The notes beneath the pieces are model-generated. The model saw nothing but the letters and a program-made list of their open reading frames with translations. It did no database searches and was not told the origin of the DNA. 64,000 nucleotides of DNA from Ophelia neglecta (Eukaryota). Below are positions 9,181-22,200 of this stretch, in pieces; positions within the stretch are counted from its first letter, which is position 1; every line of letters begins with the position of its first letter. The DNA lies in NCBI GenBank assembly GCA_965285935.1, contig OZ260663.1:68014001-68078000 (forward strand), written 5' to 3'. The position numbers were made by a program, and so were the translations under genes.

Positions 9181-12100
9181 GCTCAGTGCTAGGGTTTTAA
9201 ACTTTAACAGATTTTAATGAGAGTGAGTTTGACTTAAAGGCTTGTTTCAACTTTGTAATGGACGCATTTAGAAATTACCGTTACACATTTTTGTTTGTCG
9301 ATAACAACGGTCGGCATTAGAAATTATTTTGCTGCCTCGGATTCAGCACTTTATCCTCTCCGTCACTCCCAATGTACATCATCTTAATGAGTGTGTCTAT
9401 TTAAAAGCTGGCCGTCGTGAGTACATAGGCTAAGTGAGCCAGTCTTCAATTACTACAACATTGTCGACATTCGATGCGACCACAGAATTGACTGGCTGCG
9501 ACCATTAGGGAATTAGATTGCCTCCTTCAGACAGAGAGATAGAGCTTGGCCTAATTGGATTGTACAACCTTTCTCAGTTGCAGACGACAATTACCGCATT
9601 GGCCAGGTGAACCTGGCTTCCTCGAGTCCGGGACACACGGACAACGCCGTCTTCCCTTAGCCTCTTATTAGCCTGAGGCAACGACAACGTGCTGAGCATT
9701 ACAAGTAGAGCAGATAAAAGCTTCACATTGGTGTCATTAGCTCCCTGTATATATATTGTGCCTGGCTATTTGAACTACAAATGTTTCGTTTTATCATTGG
9801 TATAAAAAATCAAATACTAGGCGTATAAGATCAGTCGTAACACAGCAACCACCGTACACACCATTTTGGATATCACCTACTAAGACTACAGGAAAATACA
9901 CACAATATAACAATAACACACACAGACTCCTACATTATCTGGGATAGTTCTGTCTTTTATTTATCTAGGGCTATATTACACCACAATAAAGTTTATTTCG
10001 AATGATATTTTTCCTAGCAATGTACGTTTACTTTGAAATATTTTGATTATTCGATGTAATCATTCTCTTTTATTTCATGCCGGGTAAACCCATTTCCTAG
10101 ATAACTTAATGGTGTGCCATTCATTGAACACACCTCAGCAGTATCGCTCCTCATTGTATGTTGTCTTGACTGTATTTGCTTCACGATAGGGGTGCAAAGA
10201 TAAGAGGTTTGGAATAGGAGAGCTCTGCACCCGCTCAACATCGCCCGAGAGCATAAAATGTTCTTTATCTGTTTTCGAATCATTCTCAAACGCGATATTG
10301 AGGCGTCGAGAGTATATCACATGACTACTCCACTGACATCTCGTGAAATCTCATGCCACGTGCCTGCGGGAGGGAAATCGAGTTCATCAATAAACACCAC
10401 CCGTGCTAATGCGTATCTTTGATTTTCATAGGTTTCAAGTTGGCATGGGAGGCGTCATATTAGATTCCAAAAGACTTGATTTTAGGCGCCACGCCTTGTC
10501 TAAACAAACTCATTGGCCCGTTCTAAGCACAACACCCTACTAATTCACCAACAACACCAAGAACACAGTTTAGACATTTGCCTTGTGGCTTTGTAATTGT
10601 TGTGGTCGATGCATTGAGGAAACAAACTCGGCTAGTATCTCTCAATATCTTTCTGGCTGGCCCTTATTCTTTTCATTAAACTATGTTTGAGACGTCTCAC
10701 CATTGTTCTTGCAGTATATTTTCAACCACGAAGTACTGCCATACAAAGTATGCAATGCACCATAATGACCTCGCATAAAAAATATTACTAATATTCGGGC
10801 AACTGCACTTTAGTGATGATACCTCTTTGACAGATGCCATTGCACGAATAGGCCTATATCGTTCAATGATTTTTCCATTCTTCAACATATAATCTACGGT
10901 GCGGGCTTCAAGATCTTTCATAAATCTCTCTCGAGTGTCTAAATTACTATAAGCTATGTAAACAGTGTTTGATTTGAAATGTTACAAATGTTACAAATTT
11001 GAAATTAATACAAAATTATGGGTGAATTAATATGTGTCATAAAAAGTTCCCTGTCAATGATTTACTTTATAGAGTTGAAAACACCGCCCCATGCAGCATT
11101 GTGTCGGTGAAATTGGCCATGAAAGAGTTGCTAAACGCACAAGGATTCACTAAACGAGTTTAACGCGATTTGAATCTGGACGAGCCTGTGACACTAACTA
11201 TTGAGCACGTGCCATGTCAACTCGGCACCAGTTTAAAGTCAAAACCAAGGATGCCCCTCAACTGAAAAGTGAGATTGGATTAAGTAGCGTTCCAAGCTCT
11301 GGCGCCCCATGATATAGCATGCGCGGCCCATCCATGCCTTTGACACTTTGAAGACAGAAACGCTGCGCGGAATAGATTATTCTTTGAAAGTGTGTTTGTC
11401 AGATGGATGTGATCTCTGGCTGAGCAGCTTCCTTTGTTTACCTTGGTGTGTGTCATCCAAGATGATCATGCTTGCCGGTTAGGGGAAGGAAGAGAAAATA
11501 GACTAATTGCTGGTAATGGCCCTTTATTTATTTTCGACCGAACTGCTTGGTACGCTAGAAAATTAATGCAGTATTGATCGAATAGCCGGACCAAAGCCCC
11601 GCCGGCCGCACAGGTTCGGCACGTTCAATTAAGGCTGCACTGTAGTAATTTGCGATAGTGACATTCCATGTAATACATGATCGGCGAATTACCACCGAGA
11701 CTTAAAAGTAACAGCGCAAGACTAGAAGGAAACCCTCAGCACGCCATATCGGAAGGCAACTGGCTCTGCCGCTTCTCCCTGGCTTCTCTTTTCATCATTT
11801 CACCGTTTTGTTTGCAAGCAGCTGCAGAGAGACTGTACACGAAAACAGAACCCTTTACAGAAGACAGTAACCGACTCCACCGACTCACCGTCCGCTGAAG
11901 GAGGCGTGGATCAAGGGTCAGCTCAAGTGGAATTAAGTTTACATCGAGCGCGGCGGGATAACTAATCTCAGATCCTTCCAGGTTGATCGTTTCTGCTCAT
12001 TGTACAGGAATGGTCCTTGGTGTCCGCGTTCAGATATTGCGCAGGCTGCAGAGCCAGTAAACTGTCCATGTTTTCACTGTCGAGGTCACTCCGTATAAAA

Positions 12101-12903
12101 GAGAAACAAAACAGGGTTCTTGTATATTTGCTCTGAGGATAGAACAATTTCCAGGATTTATTATGCAGAGCTGTTGACATATTGTGGCTTAGGAGGACGA
12201 TTATTGGTGGAGCAAGAGAGCAATTCAATTTACTCCAAGTAGAAAGTGGAGAAGGTCGTTCCAACCGCCCTCTTTCATCTCGACGGACTCTCGTGGGACA
12301 AATAATACTGAATTCATTATTTTTTTCTAGACAATCCATTCGAATTTCCATGCCCCTATTTTGTCTGGTGCGTAGCACGTAGCGCAGAAATTGAGATTAA
12401 CGTGATAATAGACTTGTTTGTATAAGAGCGAGGCTGAGGAACGCCTCAGTCGGGTGAACGCGCGAAAATACTCTCGCATTTCTGCGCCATTTTGTACATA
12501 GCAGTGGAGAAAGTAAATTTTGCCTTTAATCATTGGATATTGAAAGCGTAACTCTACATTAGGGACATTAGTGGTAATTGGCTTGTGCTGTTTGGCGAAA
12601 CATCTCAATATTTGTTTTTGTCATTACATTTCTGGTCATTGTGTGTGCAAGCTTTAGTTACTCCAGCGACCGCGGCTTCGCGCCATCTGTTCCTGGTACC
12701 AGGCCAGTGGGCAAAGTGAAGAGGGGCAGTCACTTCCGACCACGTCAATACAGTTGAGGTTCTTGGAGAGATATACATTAGACTCAAATAAATATTTTGA
12801 CGGGCAGAATTTGCTTTGTGACCTAGTTCGCCTTAAGAATCGAGGTAGCAGACGATCACCAGGAGTACTAGAGATCGTTGGGTCATCTGGAGGTCTTATA
12901 GAC

Positions 12904-13009
12904 ATGGCGCTTGCCCTGCTTTTAACCCGTGTGGCCGACACGGTGTGGAGCATTCTCCCATACTGGATTACTCTAGCTGCTGTTTCCAATGGAATTACGC
13001 ATAAAAATG
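12904..13009 (+). CDS. Putative first coding (signal peptide) exon of paralogue 2
   Basis: ATG in GACATGG context encodes MALALLLTRVADTVWSILPYWITLAAVSNGITHKN, followed by G|GTGAGA. This phase-1 donor matches the phase-1 acceptor at 28548. The link across 15.5 kb is inferred. Confidence 0.65.
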
Positions 13010-13166
13010 GTGAGATAAAAAACTTTCTCAGCAATGCAGTCATATACTATACAGATATATCATGCAATAAATGCTCATTCCTTTATTGTTTTATTATTGG
13101 TATTTCCGTTAACTTTATACTTATTACAGGACTTTATGTGTCTGTTTTTCTTGTTGATGTGTATCT

Positions 13167-13208
<42 letters not shown>

Positions 13209-16200
13209 TAGTTATTATATATCTGATATATAGGCCTTTATGATTCTGGTTATTCTTGATAGATCTATACAGAAAAAGCAATGCTTGAGGCATTGAAAAT
13301 CGAGCAATTATGTGGATGAAATTGTTATACAAACAAATGACTGTAAGAGTGTGCACTGTGTTTTCCATGCCTCATGGTATAATGCGGTAGATGGCTCAAT
13401 AGCCTTGTTTAAGTTCGAATGGCTCTAAGCTCTGTATCTGGTTATTTGGGCACGGGTAGGAGCTTCAAAGGTGCCAGAATTGCTGAAGGTCGTCTTTTTC
13501 CGGTAATCCTACCCTCTTCTATACACGACTTTAACGTTCCAATGCAGTTTGTTTTCAGACTTACGTTTGGAACCGGGCCATAACATAGGTCTGATCGAGT
13601 CACGTGCGCTTCCGTGCCAAGATCAAACGGTCCAATTTAGCTTTTGACAGTAACATTAAAATGTCCGGGTCATGCAATGTACATATTCGGCATTGGCAAC
13701 ATTCCCTTTATGGATGTTCATGTTGATCCAAAAGTATGATTCTTGTTTCCAATAGGCAAATGTGCGGCCTAAGCCGCCTACTGCTTCAATTATGATTTGC
13801 TAATGGAAGGATGTATGCAGGTCGGAATTCGCTGACACCCCTCTGCCCACCAAAGCTTGCCCCCTGGTCTCCCAGCATCAGAGGCAAATCTCCAGCTTTA
13901 ACACCCAGATAGTGGTGAAGATCTTCCTCAGGAACCAATTACATATTTGCCCATCAGTAAAGCCCCTTGTAGCTTATTGAATACAGTTCTTCTTTTGATA
14001 TTTTCCACCCGCTGAGAGAATTCCTATTACAGTTCCGGGAGGTATGGTAGCGGTTATACGCCACAGAATTTTTCTGATGATTTTATCTTCGATTGAAAAC
14101 GCATTAGACATTCTCTATTACCAAGATAAGCGGCAATTTTGGCGGGAGTCGTGCTCTTCCTATGGGTAATGTAGCTAGTATATAGGACAAGGGCCGGAGT
14201 AATGCGGGTGGGGGCCCGGGGAAATCATACGCCTTTTAATCCCACCAGTTTTTCCCTACCGTGTCTATAGGAATATATAGGTATACTATATGGAGCTGGG
14301 AATTGTCTCAGTACGTACCAAAAGCAATTCGGTTTAGAATAGCTTGTGAACATTCAATATATGAAAAGGACCTTCTGTAAATTGCATTCGTGTCGCAAAA
14401 ATGTCACATCTGATTTATGTTACTCACTCTACAATAACAATTTCGCATATGCATTTATGATATGTACATCCGTGTTCTCTTATCCGTGATGTGCTCTATA
14501 GAGTCAGGATAATTACTATAAACCCTGTAGTATCAAACGATACTAATTCTGATCTGTTTGGTTTTGTTCCTCCTCTACTAGGAGTGTATCAGACAAGACG
14601 GTTGAATAACTTATTGCCCTATTCGGCCTTAGCAGTGGCGGGCGACCAGTAAGAACCCGTATATTGATGGATGTAGTCAGATTATCTCGGGTTAGAATAC
14701 CCGGACAGTGAAAAGCCGGGATTTCCAGCAAACACCTGCTCAGTCTCTCTTCAGCTGTGCTTGGGGATCCGTCTTCTGAATGGGGGTACCACAGCTCCCC
14801 CGTCAATGTCTACAATGGCCACATACTAGAGCATACTAGCCTTTATGTATATTTTAGACGTCGTTTGTCATTCAATAAATGACATTTTCTAGCTGCCAGA
14901 TGTTTGTCTCCCTGCTTAAAATCGAAAAAAAAACTTGTTTGGATACTTCACCAAAAGCTGCGTTATTTTTTTATTTATACTTCTTTGTTCCTCAGACAAA
15001 AGCAAAGCCTTTGATGTAGGAAAGAGGAAAGACAATATTGAAAACTTAATGAGCTGTTCAGTTTTGTTTAATTAAGATAGAATGCTGTTATGTGATGGCT
15101 TAAATATTTGCCTAAAGCAATATTTACAAAATTAAACTTGAAGTTTTGACACACGAATCTTGGCCTTCGCACGTGTCTTTTTATTAAATAACCTTGGTAG
15201 ACAGTTGTTTTCAAAATAAAATTGTATGGAATTATTTATCCAAACCTTTCGAGTAATTTTCATTGATGTTTTGACAGAAACTCGCAGTGTTATCATTTGT
15301 CAAAAATTGGTGCTATTTATTGAACAATTTAAGTCGTTTTCGGGCAGGCGTGGACGTACCGAATAAACATTTCAACCCATCAGGACCTATAAGAGGAATC
15401 TTCTTATATTGAATAGTATGATACATGTAACACATCACATGGTACATCTGTTCTCAATCTGCTGATTTGTTTGTACTCCATCGTATCGGTAAAATGGAGT
15501 TTTACAGGCAAGCAGAGCCACAAAAAACAAACAAGCAAAAGAAAAAAGAATAAAGGTTGTAAATAAGTAAGAGCGTAACGAAGCCAGTGGCTAAGTCGGG
15601 GATTTTGTTATCAAGGAAGGAAGCCAGAGGGGTCGGTTTTTTTTAGTAAGGAAGCCAATGGTCAAGTCAGGGGTTTTGTTATCAAGTTAGGAAGCCAGTG
15701 GTCAAGTCATGGGTTTGTTATCAGGTAAGGAAGCCAGTGGTCCAGTCAGGGGTTTGTTATTAGGTGAGGAAGCCAGTGGTCTAGTCAGGGGTTTTGTTAT
15801 AAAGTAAGGAAGCCAGTGGCCAAGTCAGGGGTTTTGTTATAAAATAAGGGAGCCAGTTGTCAAGTCAGGGGTTTGTAATCAGGTAAGGAAGCCAGTAGTC
15901 AAGTCAGGGGTTTTGTTATAAAGTAAGGAAGCCAGTGGCCAAGTCAGGGGTTTTGTTATAAAGTAAGGGAGCCAGTTGTCAAGTCAGGGGTTTGTAATCA
16001 GGTAAGGAAGCCAGTAGTCAAGTCAGGGGTTTTGTTATAAAGTAAGGGAGCCAGTTGTCAAGTCAGGGGTTTGTAATCAGGTTAGGAAGCCAGTGGTGAA
16101 GTCAGGGTTTTTTTCAGGTAGGAAAGCCAGTGGTTAAATCATCGGTTTGTTATCAAGTAAGGAAGCCAATGGATAAATCAGGGGTTTGTTATCAGGTAAG

Positions 16201-19200
16201 GAAGCCAGTGGTCCAGTCAGGGGTTTGTTGTCAGGTAAGGAAGCCAGTAGTCAAGTCAGGGGTTTTGTCATCCATTAAGGAAGCCAGTGGTCCAGTCAGG
16301 GGTTTGTTGTCAGGTAAGGAAGCCAGTAGTCAAGTCAGGGGTTTTGTTATCATTAAGGAAGCCAGTGGTCTAATCAGGGGTTTGTTGTCAGGTCGGGAAG
16401 CCAGTGGCCCAGTCAGGGGTTTGTTGTCAGGTAAGGAAGCCAGTGGTCCAGTCAGGGGTTTGTTGTCAGGTAAGGAAGCCAGTAGTCAAGTCAGGGGTTT
16501 TGTTATCCATTAAGGAAGCCAGTGGTCCAGTCAGGGGTTTGTTGTCAGGTAAGGAAGCCAGTGGTCCAGTCAGGGGTTTGTTGTCAGGTAAGGAAGCCAG
16601 TGGTCCAGTCAGGGGTTTGTTGTCAGGTAAGGAAGCCAGTGGTCCAGTCAGGGGTTTGTTGTCAGGTCGGGAAGCCAGTGGTCCAGTCAGGGGTTTGTTG
16701 TCAGGTAAGGAAGCCAGTGGTCCAGTCAGGGGTTTGTTGTCAGGTCGGGAAGCCAGTGGTCCAGTCAGGGGTTTGTTGTCAGGTAAGGAAGCCAGTAGTC
16801 AAGTCAGGGGTTTTGTCATCCATTACGGAAGCCACTGGCCCAGTCAGGGGTTTGTTATCAGGTAAGGAAGCCAGTAGTTAAGTCAGGGGTTTTGTTATCC
16901 ATTAAGGAAGCCAGTGGTCCAGTCAGGGGTTTGTTGTCAGGTAAGGAAGCCAGTGGTCCAGTCAGGGGTTTGTTGTCAGGTAAGGAAGCCAGTGGTCCAG
17001 TCAGGGGTTTGTTGTCAGGTAAGGAAGCCAGTGGTCCAGTCAGGGGTTTGTTGTCAGGTAAGGAAGCCAGTGGTCCAGTCAGGGGTTTGTTGTCAGGTCG
17101 GGAAGCCAGTGGTCCAGTCAGGGGTTTGTTGTCAGGTAAGGAAGCCAGTAGTCAAGTCAGGGGTTTTGTCATCCATTAAGGAAGCCAGTGGCCCAGTCAG
17201 GGGTTTGTTGTCAGGTAAGGAAGCCAGTAGTCAAGTCAGGGGTTTTGTTATCCATTAAGGAAGCCAGTGGTCCAGTCAGGGGTTTGTTGTCAGGTAAGGA
17301 AGCCAATGGTCCAGTCAGGGGTTTGTTGTCAGGTAAGGAAGCCAGTGGTCAAGTCAGGGGTTTGTTGTCAGGTAAGGAAGCCAATGGTCCAGTCAGGGGT
17401 TTGTTGTCAGGTAAGGAAGCCAGTGGTCCAGTCAGGGGTTTGTTGTCAGGTAAGGAAGCCAGTGGTCCAGTCAGGGGTTTGTTGTCAGGTCGGGAAGCCA
17501 GTGGTCCAGTCAGGGGTTTGTTGTCAGGTAAGGAAGCCAGTAGTCAAGTCAGGGGTTTTGTTATCCATTAAGGAAGCCAGTGGTCCAGTCAGGGGTTTGT
17601 TGTCAGGTAAGGAAGCCAGTGGTCCAGTCAGGGGTTTGTTGTCAGGTAAGGAAGCCAGTGGTCCAGTCAGGGGTTTGTTGTCAGGTAAGGAAGCCAATGG
17701 TCCAGTCAGGGGTTTGTTGTCAGGTAAGGAAGCCAGTGGTCCAGTCAGGGGTTTGTTGTCAGGTAAGGAAGCCAGTGGTCCAGTCAGGGGTTTGTTGTCA
17801 GGTAAGGAAGCCAGTGGTCCAGTCAGGGGTTTGTTGTCAGGTAAGGAAGCCAGTGGTCCAGTCAGGGGTTTGTTGTCAGGTAAGGAAGCCAGTGGTCCAG
17901 TCAGGGGTCTTGTCAGCCATTAAGGAAGCCAGTGTTTAAGACAGAGGTTTTGTAATCTAGTAAGGAAGTGGCCAGGTCACGTGTTTTGTTATCTAGTCAG
18001 GGGTTTTGTTATTAAGCAAGGAAGCCAGTGGTCCAGTTAGTCGTTTTGTTATCAAGTACATGGGCCAGTAGTTTGTTTTTTGATTTGGTCTGACGTTACC
18101 TGTTATATGAATTCAAGGGATTTCGTCTTTGTTTCCACTAAAGAGATATCAAGAACATTGCATAACCAATAACAACATTATCTGGAGTCATTATCATTAT
18201 TATCATTATGGAACCGGATGATTCCAATTTGATCACCCTAATCTATTAGTATTATATTCAACAAGGTGTGTGCATTTACCTGACGTTGGCATTTGCTAAA
18301 CCCTTTCTGATTAGATCTATTTTATATATTGTGCTAATTTCCAGAGGCTCCCTGTGTTTGCCTCCAGCCATTTGATAACCTTGTGGCTGGTAATGAGGGA
18401 TGCGATTGCATTTCTCATTGATGTTGAGAACGTCTGATGTAGCAGGCAGTAGACTACCACTCTTTCCTTGTCACGATATATCGCATACCAATCCCTGAGT
18501 TTTAATTCCTAGAGAAGAAATAGGGCCACTTTTCTCGATGGTTCGAATTGAAAGTGACTCAACATGCTGTAATTGTCTTATAACCGATGCGACCATCAAT
18601 ATCCTTCATTCTGTAACGTGCATCAATAATGGCCGTAGCGAGTTCTAACGTAAGCTATCGGCGACTACGAACGGTAAACTCACATAGAATGTGCTGGACC
18701 AATATCAACAAATTCAAAGCCAATTTCTATATAATTATGTACTTATTAACGCCAAGCTTTTATTACTTCGCCCACGGGCCAGAGGGCAATGAAGTTTGTA
18801 CATTGTGGTATTAAATAAAACATGGTCTGGTCAGTCAGATAATAAGCTCAGCCGCCTTATGTATCTGTTGACTATCGAGGCACTTTGATGGGGCCAATGG
18901 TGGGCTTTTTGACCTCGTCGTATTAGCACAATCATTTGCCGGCGTTACAGCGGGGACAATTTAATCGTTGGTTTCCACCGTACATGGTTCACCGTCTCCT
19001 ACTAATGGCCGACAGACGAATTGGCGCAATATATCAAGTCGGCAGTCTGTGTGCGTTCAATTGGCAAGATGAACACATAATGCAATCAAATTTATGGTAG
19101 TAATGGCACTTTCGTGTGGTGACTCGGGGAGTCATAACGCGGTGTACATGTATAGGCCCTATTTATGCAGTTTGCATTCTTAAATATACTTTAATATCTA

Positions 19201-22200
19201 TAAAATCCACGGAATATAGTATAGAGGAAAAAGTGAAAACTCTGTATGGAAATCTACAGCCTGGGGTAATTGGTTGCAATTAGTTTCCGCCCAATGATTT
19301 TATATAGGCTAATTGCAAGGTGTTGCAAATCGTAGAAATGAGTTGCAATAATCTGACCATGTCAATCGAGCAACTTTTGTTGTCGGAGACTGTTAGCTGT
19401 AGAGCATTATGAGGGTTTAAATTATATCTTAGCTTTATCATTATACATCAAACAATTAGAACACAGGTGAGACACATTAACAGGTCTGACAATAGTTTTA
19501 TACTAACGAGAACATCAAAATCTGGTAGTTTTCTGAATCTCTGTGTCTAAATGTCAGTGTTTATAATATCTTATACCATAATGACAGATCATTTGATGTT
19601 TATCACCTCACGGTTCATATAATTATTGGTTTCTATATTTGTTTGGTACGCCGCCGCACACAAAATTGAGCTAAATTGGAATCGAATCTTCCCTCGTGTA
19701 GCATTTTGGGGACACTCACAAAAAATGGTCCAGCGGTCTGCGATTAACATCAAATTTTGTTTATACTATTTTATTGATCTGTTACGTGACACACTTTATT
19801 TTAATAAATGCACCTTTTTGTGCAAAATTATGTTCAAATTGTCACCATGGAAACTCATAAACTGGTATGTTTGTTTATCTGCATTCATATTGAACAATTG
19901 AATATGGTTGCCATAGAGACGGTATTGCAGATATCACCAAGCTGTACAATAGTTCTGAAGATAACCAATAGGACATTATAAGTCACATTTTGTTTTAAGT
20001 TATAAGAGTACATTCAAGGACCTAGCAACACTTCAACTTGTCAATTTTCCCCAATCTGGATAGAAGGTCCTTGTTCAATGCAATTTAAAACTATTGCTGA
20101 CCCTTACCCTGACCCTAACCCGACCTGACCTATTTAGCGTTGTAAGTACTGCGATGATTTGTTCCTGTTTGTAAGACCTGCGATGATTGGTTCCACTCGA
20201 TTCAGCACCTGCCTTGATGTAGTCTTTAGGTTCCTGATATATAACTCCGGCGAATATGCTTATATGTCAATGGCCAGAGAGATTGCTGGACAGATCTTCT
20301 TGTGTACATCAAGCCTAGGATAACATTATTCATACCCTAGAAATATAAATGAACACTTTTCACGTAGAAAATGCATATATAGCGCTGATTGAGTGAAAAT
20401 TACAAATTTACATTTAATCCTCAAATATTGCTCTTTTTTTTTATAGAAACGCCATTGTATGAGCTTCTCTAAGTAAACGTCTTGATCATTCAGAGAGGAA
20501 AGCAAATTACTAATCTTTTATCTTAATTTATGGCGGGTAAAAGCAGAAAAATAGTGCATCCTCTCCCATGTTGTTTACCTCGGATGACGATTACTGGTCA
20601 AGCGGACGCCCTGCGCTTGCAAACTCCCATTTGCCTATCTGACATCCTCACCTCTCCCGCCGGATCTCCCATTCTCCTCAATTTTTTAGCTTGTGGGAAA
20701 TTAGAAGAAGAAGCGGACAGTATTTATGAGTGAATTTAAATGGGATGATGTGGCTGCGGGACTAAATGACCTTGGGCGTGGACAAGGATAACAAGATAGC
20801 ATGAGTAACACTGAGGTACAGCTAGTGGCTTCTGATGATTACATGTGAAGATGGTGCCAGGAGGCCGCAGGCTAATGAGGCGGGGATCCCACATCGATAC
20901 TTGTAGTACACCTTCCGCAAGTCTTACTGCAATAACTCATACCAGGGAAGCCTAGCCTACCGAGCCGCCTCTAACCGCGCTGGCCCCAGACTAGAAGTCA
21001 TATCTTCCGGGACCATGTTGCGGTCAAACACGAGTTTCAATACCATCCTTGTAACCACAGCGCTTGCACAAGGCCATAAAGACCCCCCATCAATAGGAAT
21101 GTCCAGTTCTAAATTACCGTTACTTATAAATACACCTCTGTCGGGTTGAGAGCGGTTTTAGAAGGCTTTTAGAGGACGTAGTCTTTGGATGTAAAGCGAG
21201 TAGCCATTGTTTACTAACACCGAATCTTTTCTTAGCTCTGGCATTCTCAGCAGTGTTGAGACTGCCCGTGATGCATTTTTGGATGCCTCTTGAATTATTG
21301 AAGTGAATAATGCCAACTCGTAAAGTATGTTACTGTTATGACAACTATGAGAGAGTAAAGCAGGGTGCAGGAACATCATTCAATTATCCGTCTGTACTCG
21401 ACGGAGGTTGACACCCGTTAAAGGTGGGCATTCCTTGTCTAAGAATATTACTGAGCAAATCAATAACAAGGAGTAGTCTCGGTACTTTTGTATTGCAGAC
21501 TCCACTTTACATATAACACATGGCAAGGGGATGCTGACCTTCTCACAGAGGTCGCGGACGCTTACTTGACGCCTGCTGTTTGATTAATGACTGCCTAAAA
21601 TGATGAGAACAAATATGGAAAATGAATTTATCATTGGCTTGATCACCCCCGTGGGGTTCGTGTAAGTGTATTAGAAAAGCCAGGTGCTTATGGGACCCCT
21701 TAGCGATGCCATGTTTGCAGACAACGGGTTAGGTAGATGGAGCTTGTAGAGGGACCTAGAGCCTTCGGCTCTGCTACCATGATGATTGATATGCTGATGG
21801 TGGGGGAAGGCCCATCGCTGCCCTTAAGGCGTTAAACGGCTCAGTTCTCCTCGGCCGATCACCGAACCAATAATAAACCATTGTTCTTAAATAAGAACCA
21901 CAAAATGGCCATTTGTATGAAGGTTAGTGACTGAGAGCAAGGCAGAGGTCAGTACAATATGGCTCTCCCGCCTAGGGCCGCCATAAGGCGCTCTGGACAC
22001 GGGCGCTCTTATTAAGTTATCGTCGGCTTACGCTCTCATTTTGTTTAGCCATCAAAGTCCACATTTCCTGTCTTTGCTCGTCGCAATTAATTTGCTAAGG
22101 GCGAGCAGGGTGCATTAAACAGCGGTTTATCAGGACGGACAAAAACGCGACATAAAGCTTAACAAGCTTTAACAGCAGAACGGCCAAGGTAACGGATGTT

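Noticed and set aside
11968-13368. Cluster of overlapping 60-160 aa ORFs on both strands
   Set aside because: No motifs, and partly generated by the (AT)n microsatellite. Only 12904-13009 has splice and signal-peptide support.
16130-17939. Many overlapping ORFs with (VVQSGVCCQVRKP)n or (GKEASGPVRGLLS)n repeats, superficially like a Cys-rich structural protein
   Set aside because: They result from a 39-nt unit that is stop-free in two frames. The 40-nt variants repeatedly shift the frame and variation shows no codon-position bias, so this is not a stand-alone gene.
15580-18070. Regularly spaced repeats resembling a CRISPR array
   Set aside because: The units are head-to-tail with no unique spacers, there are no cas genes and the context is eukaryotic.
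20098-20132. Telomere-like CCCTTA/CCCTGA/CCCTAA run
   Set aside because: Only 3-5 degenerate units, too short to call an interstitial telomere; such runs are common inside small repeats.
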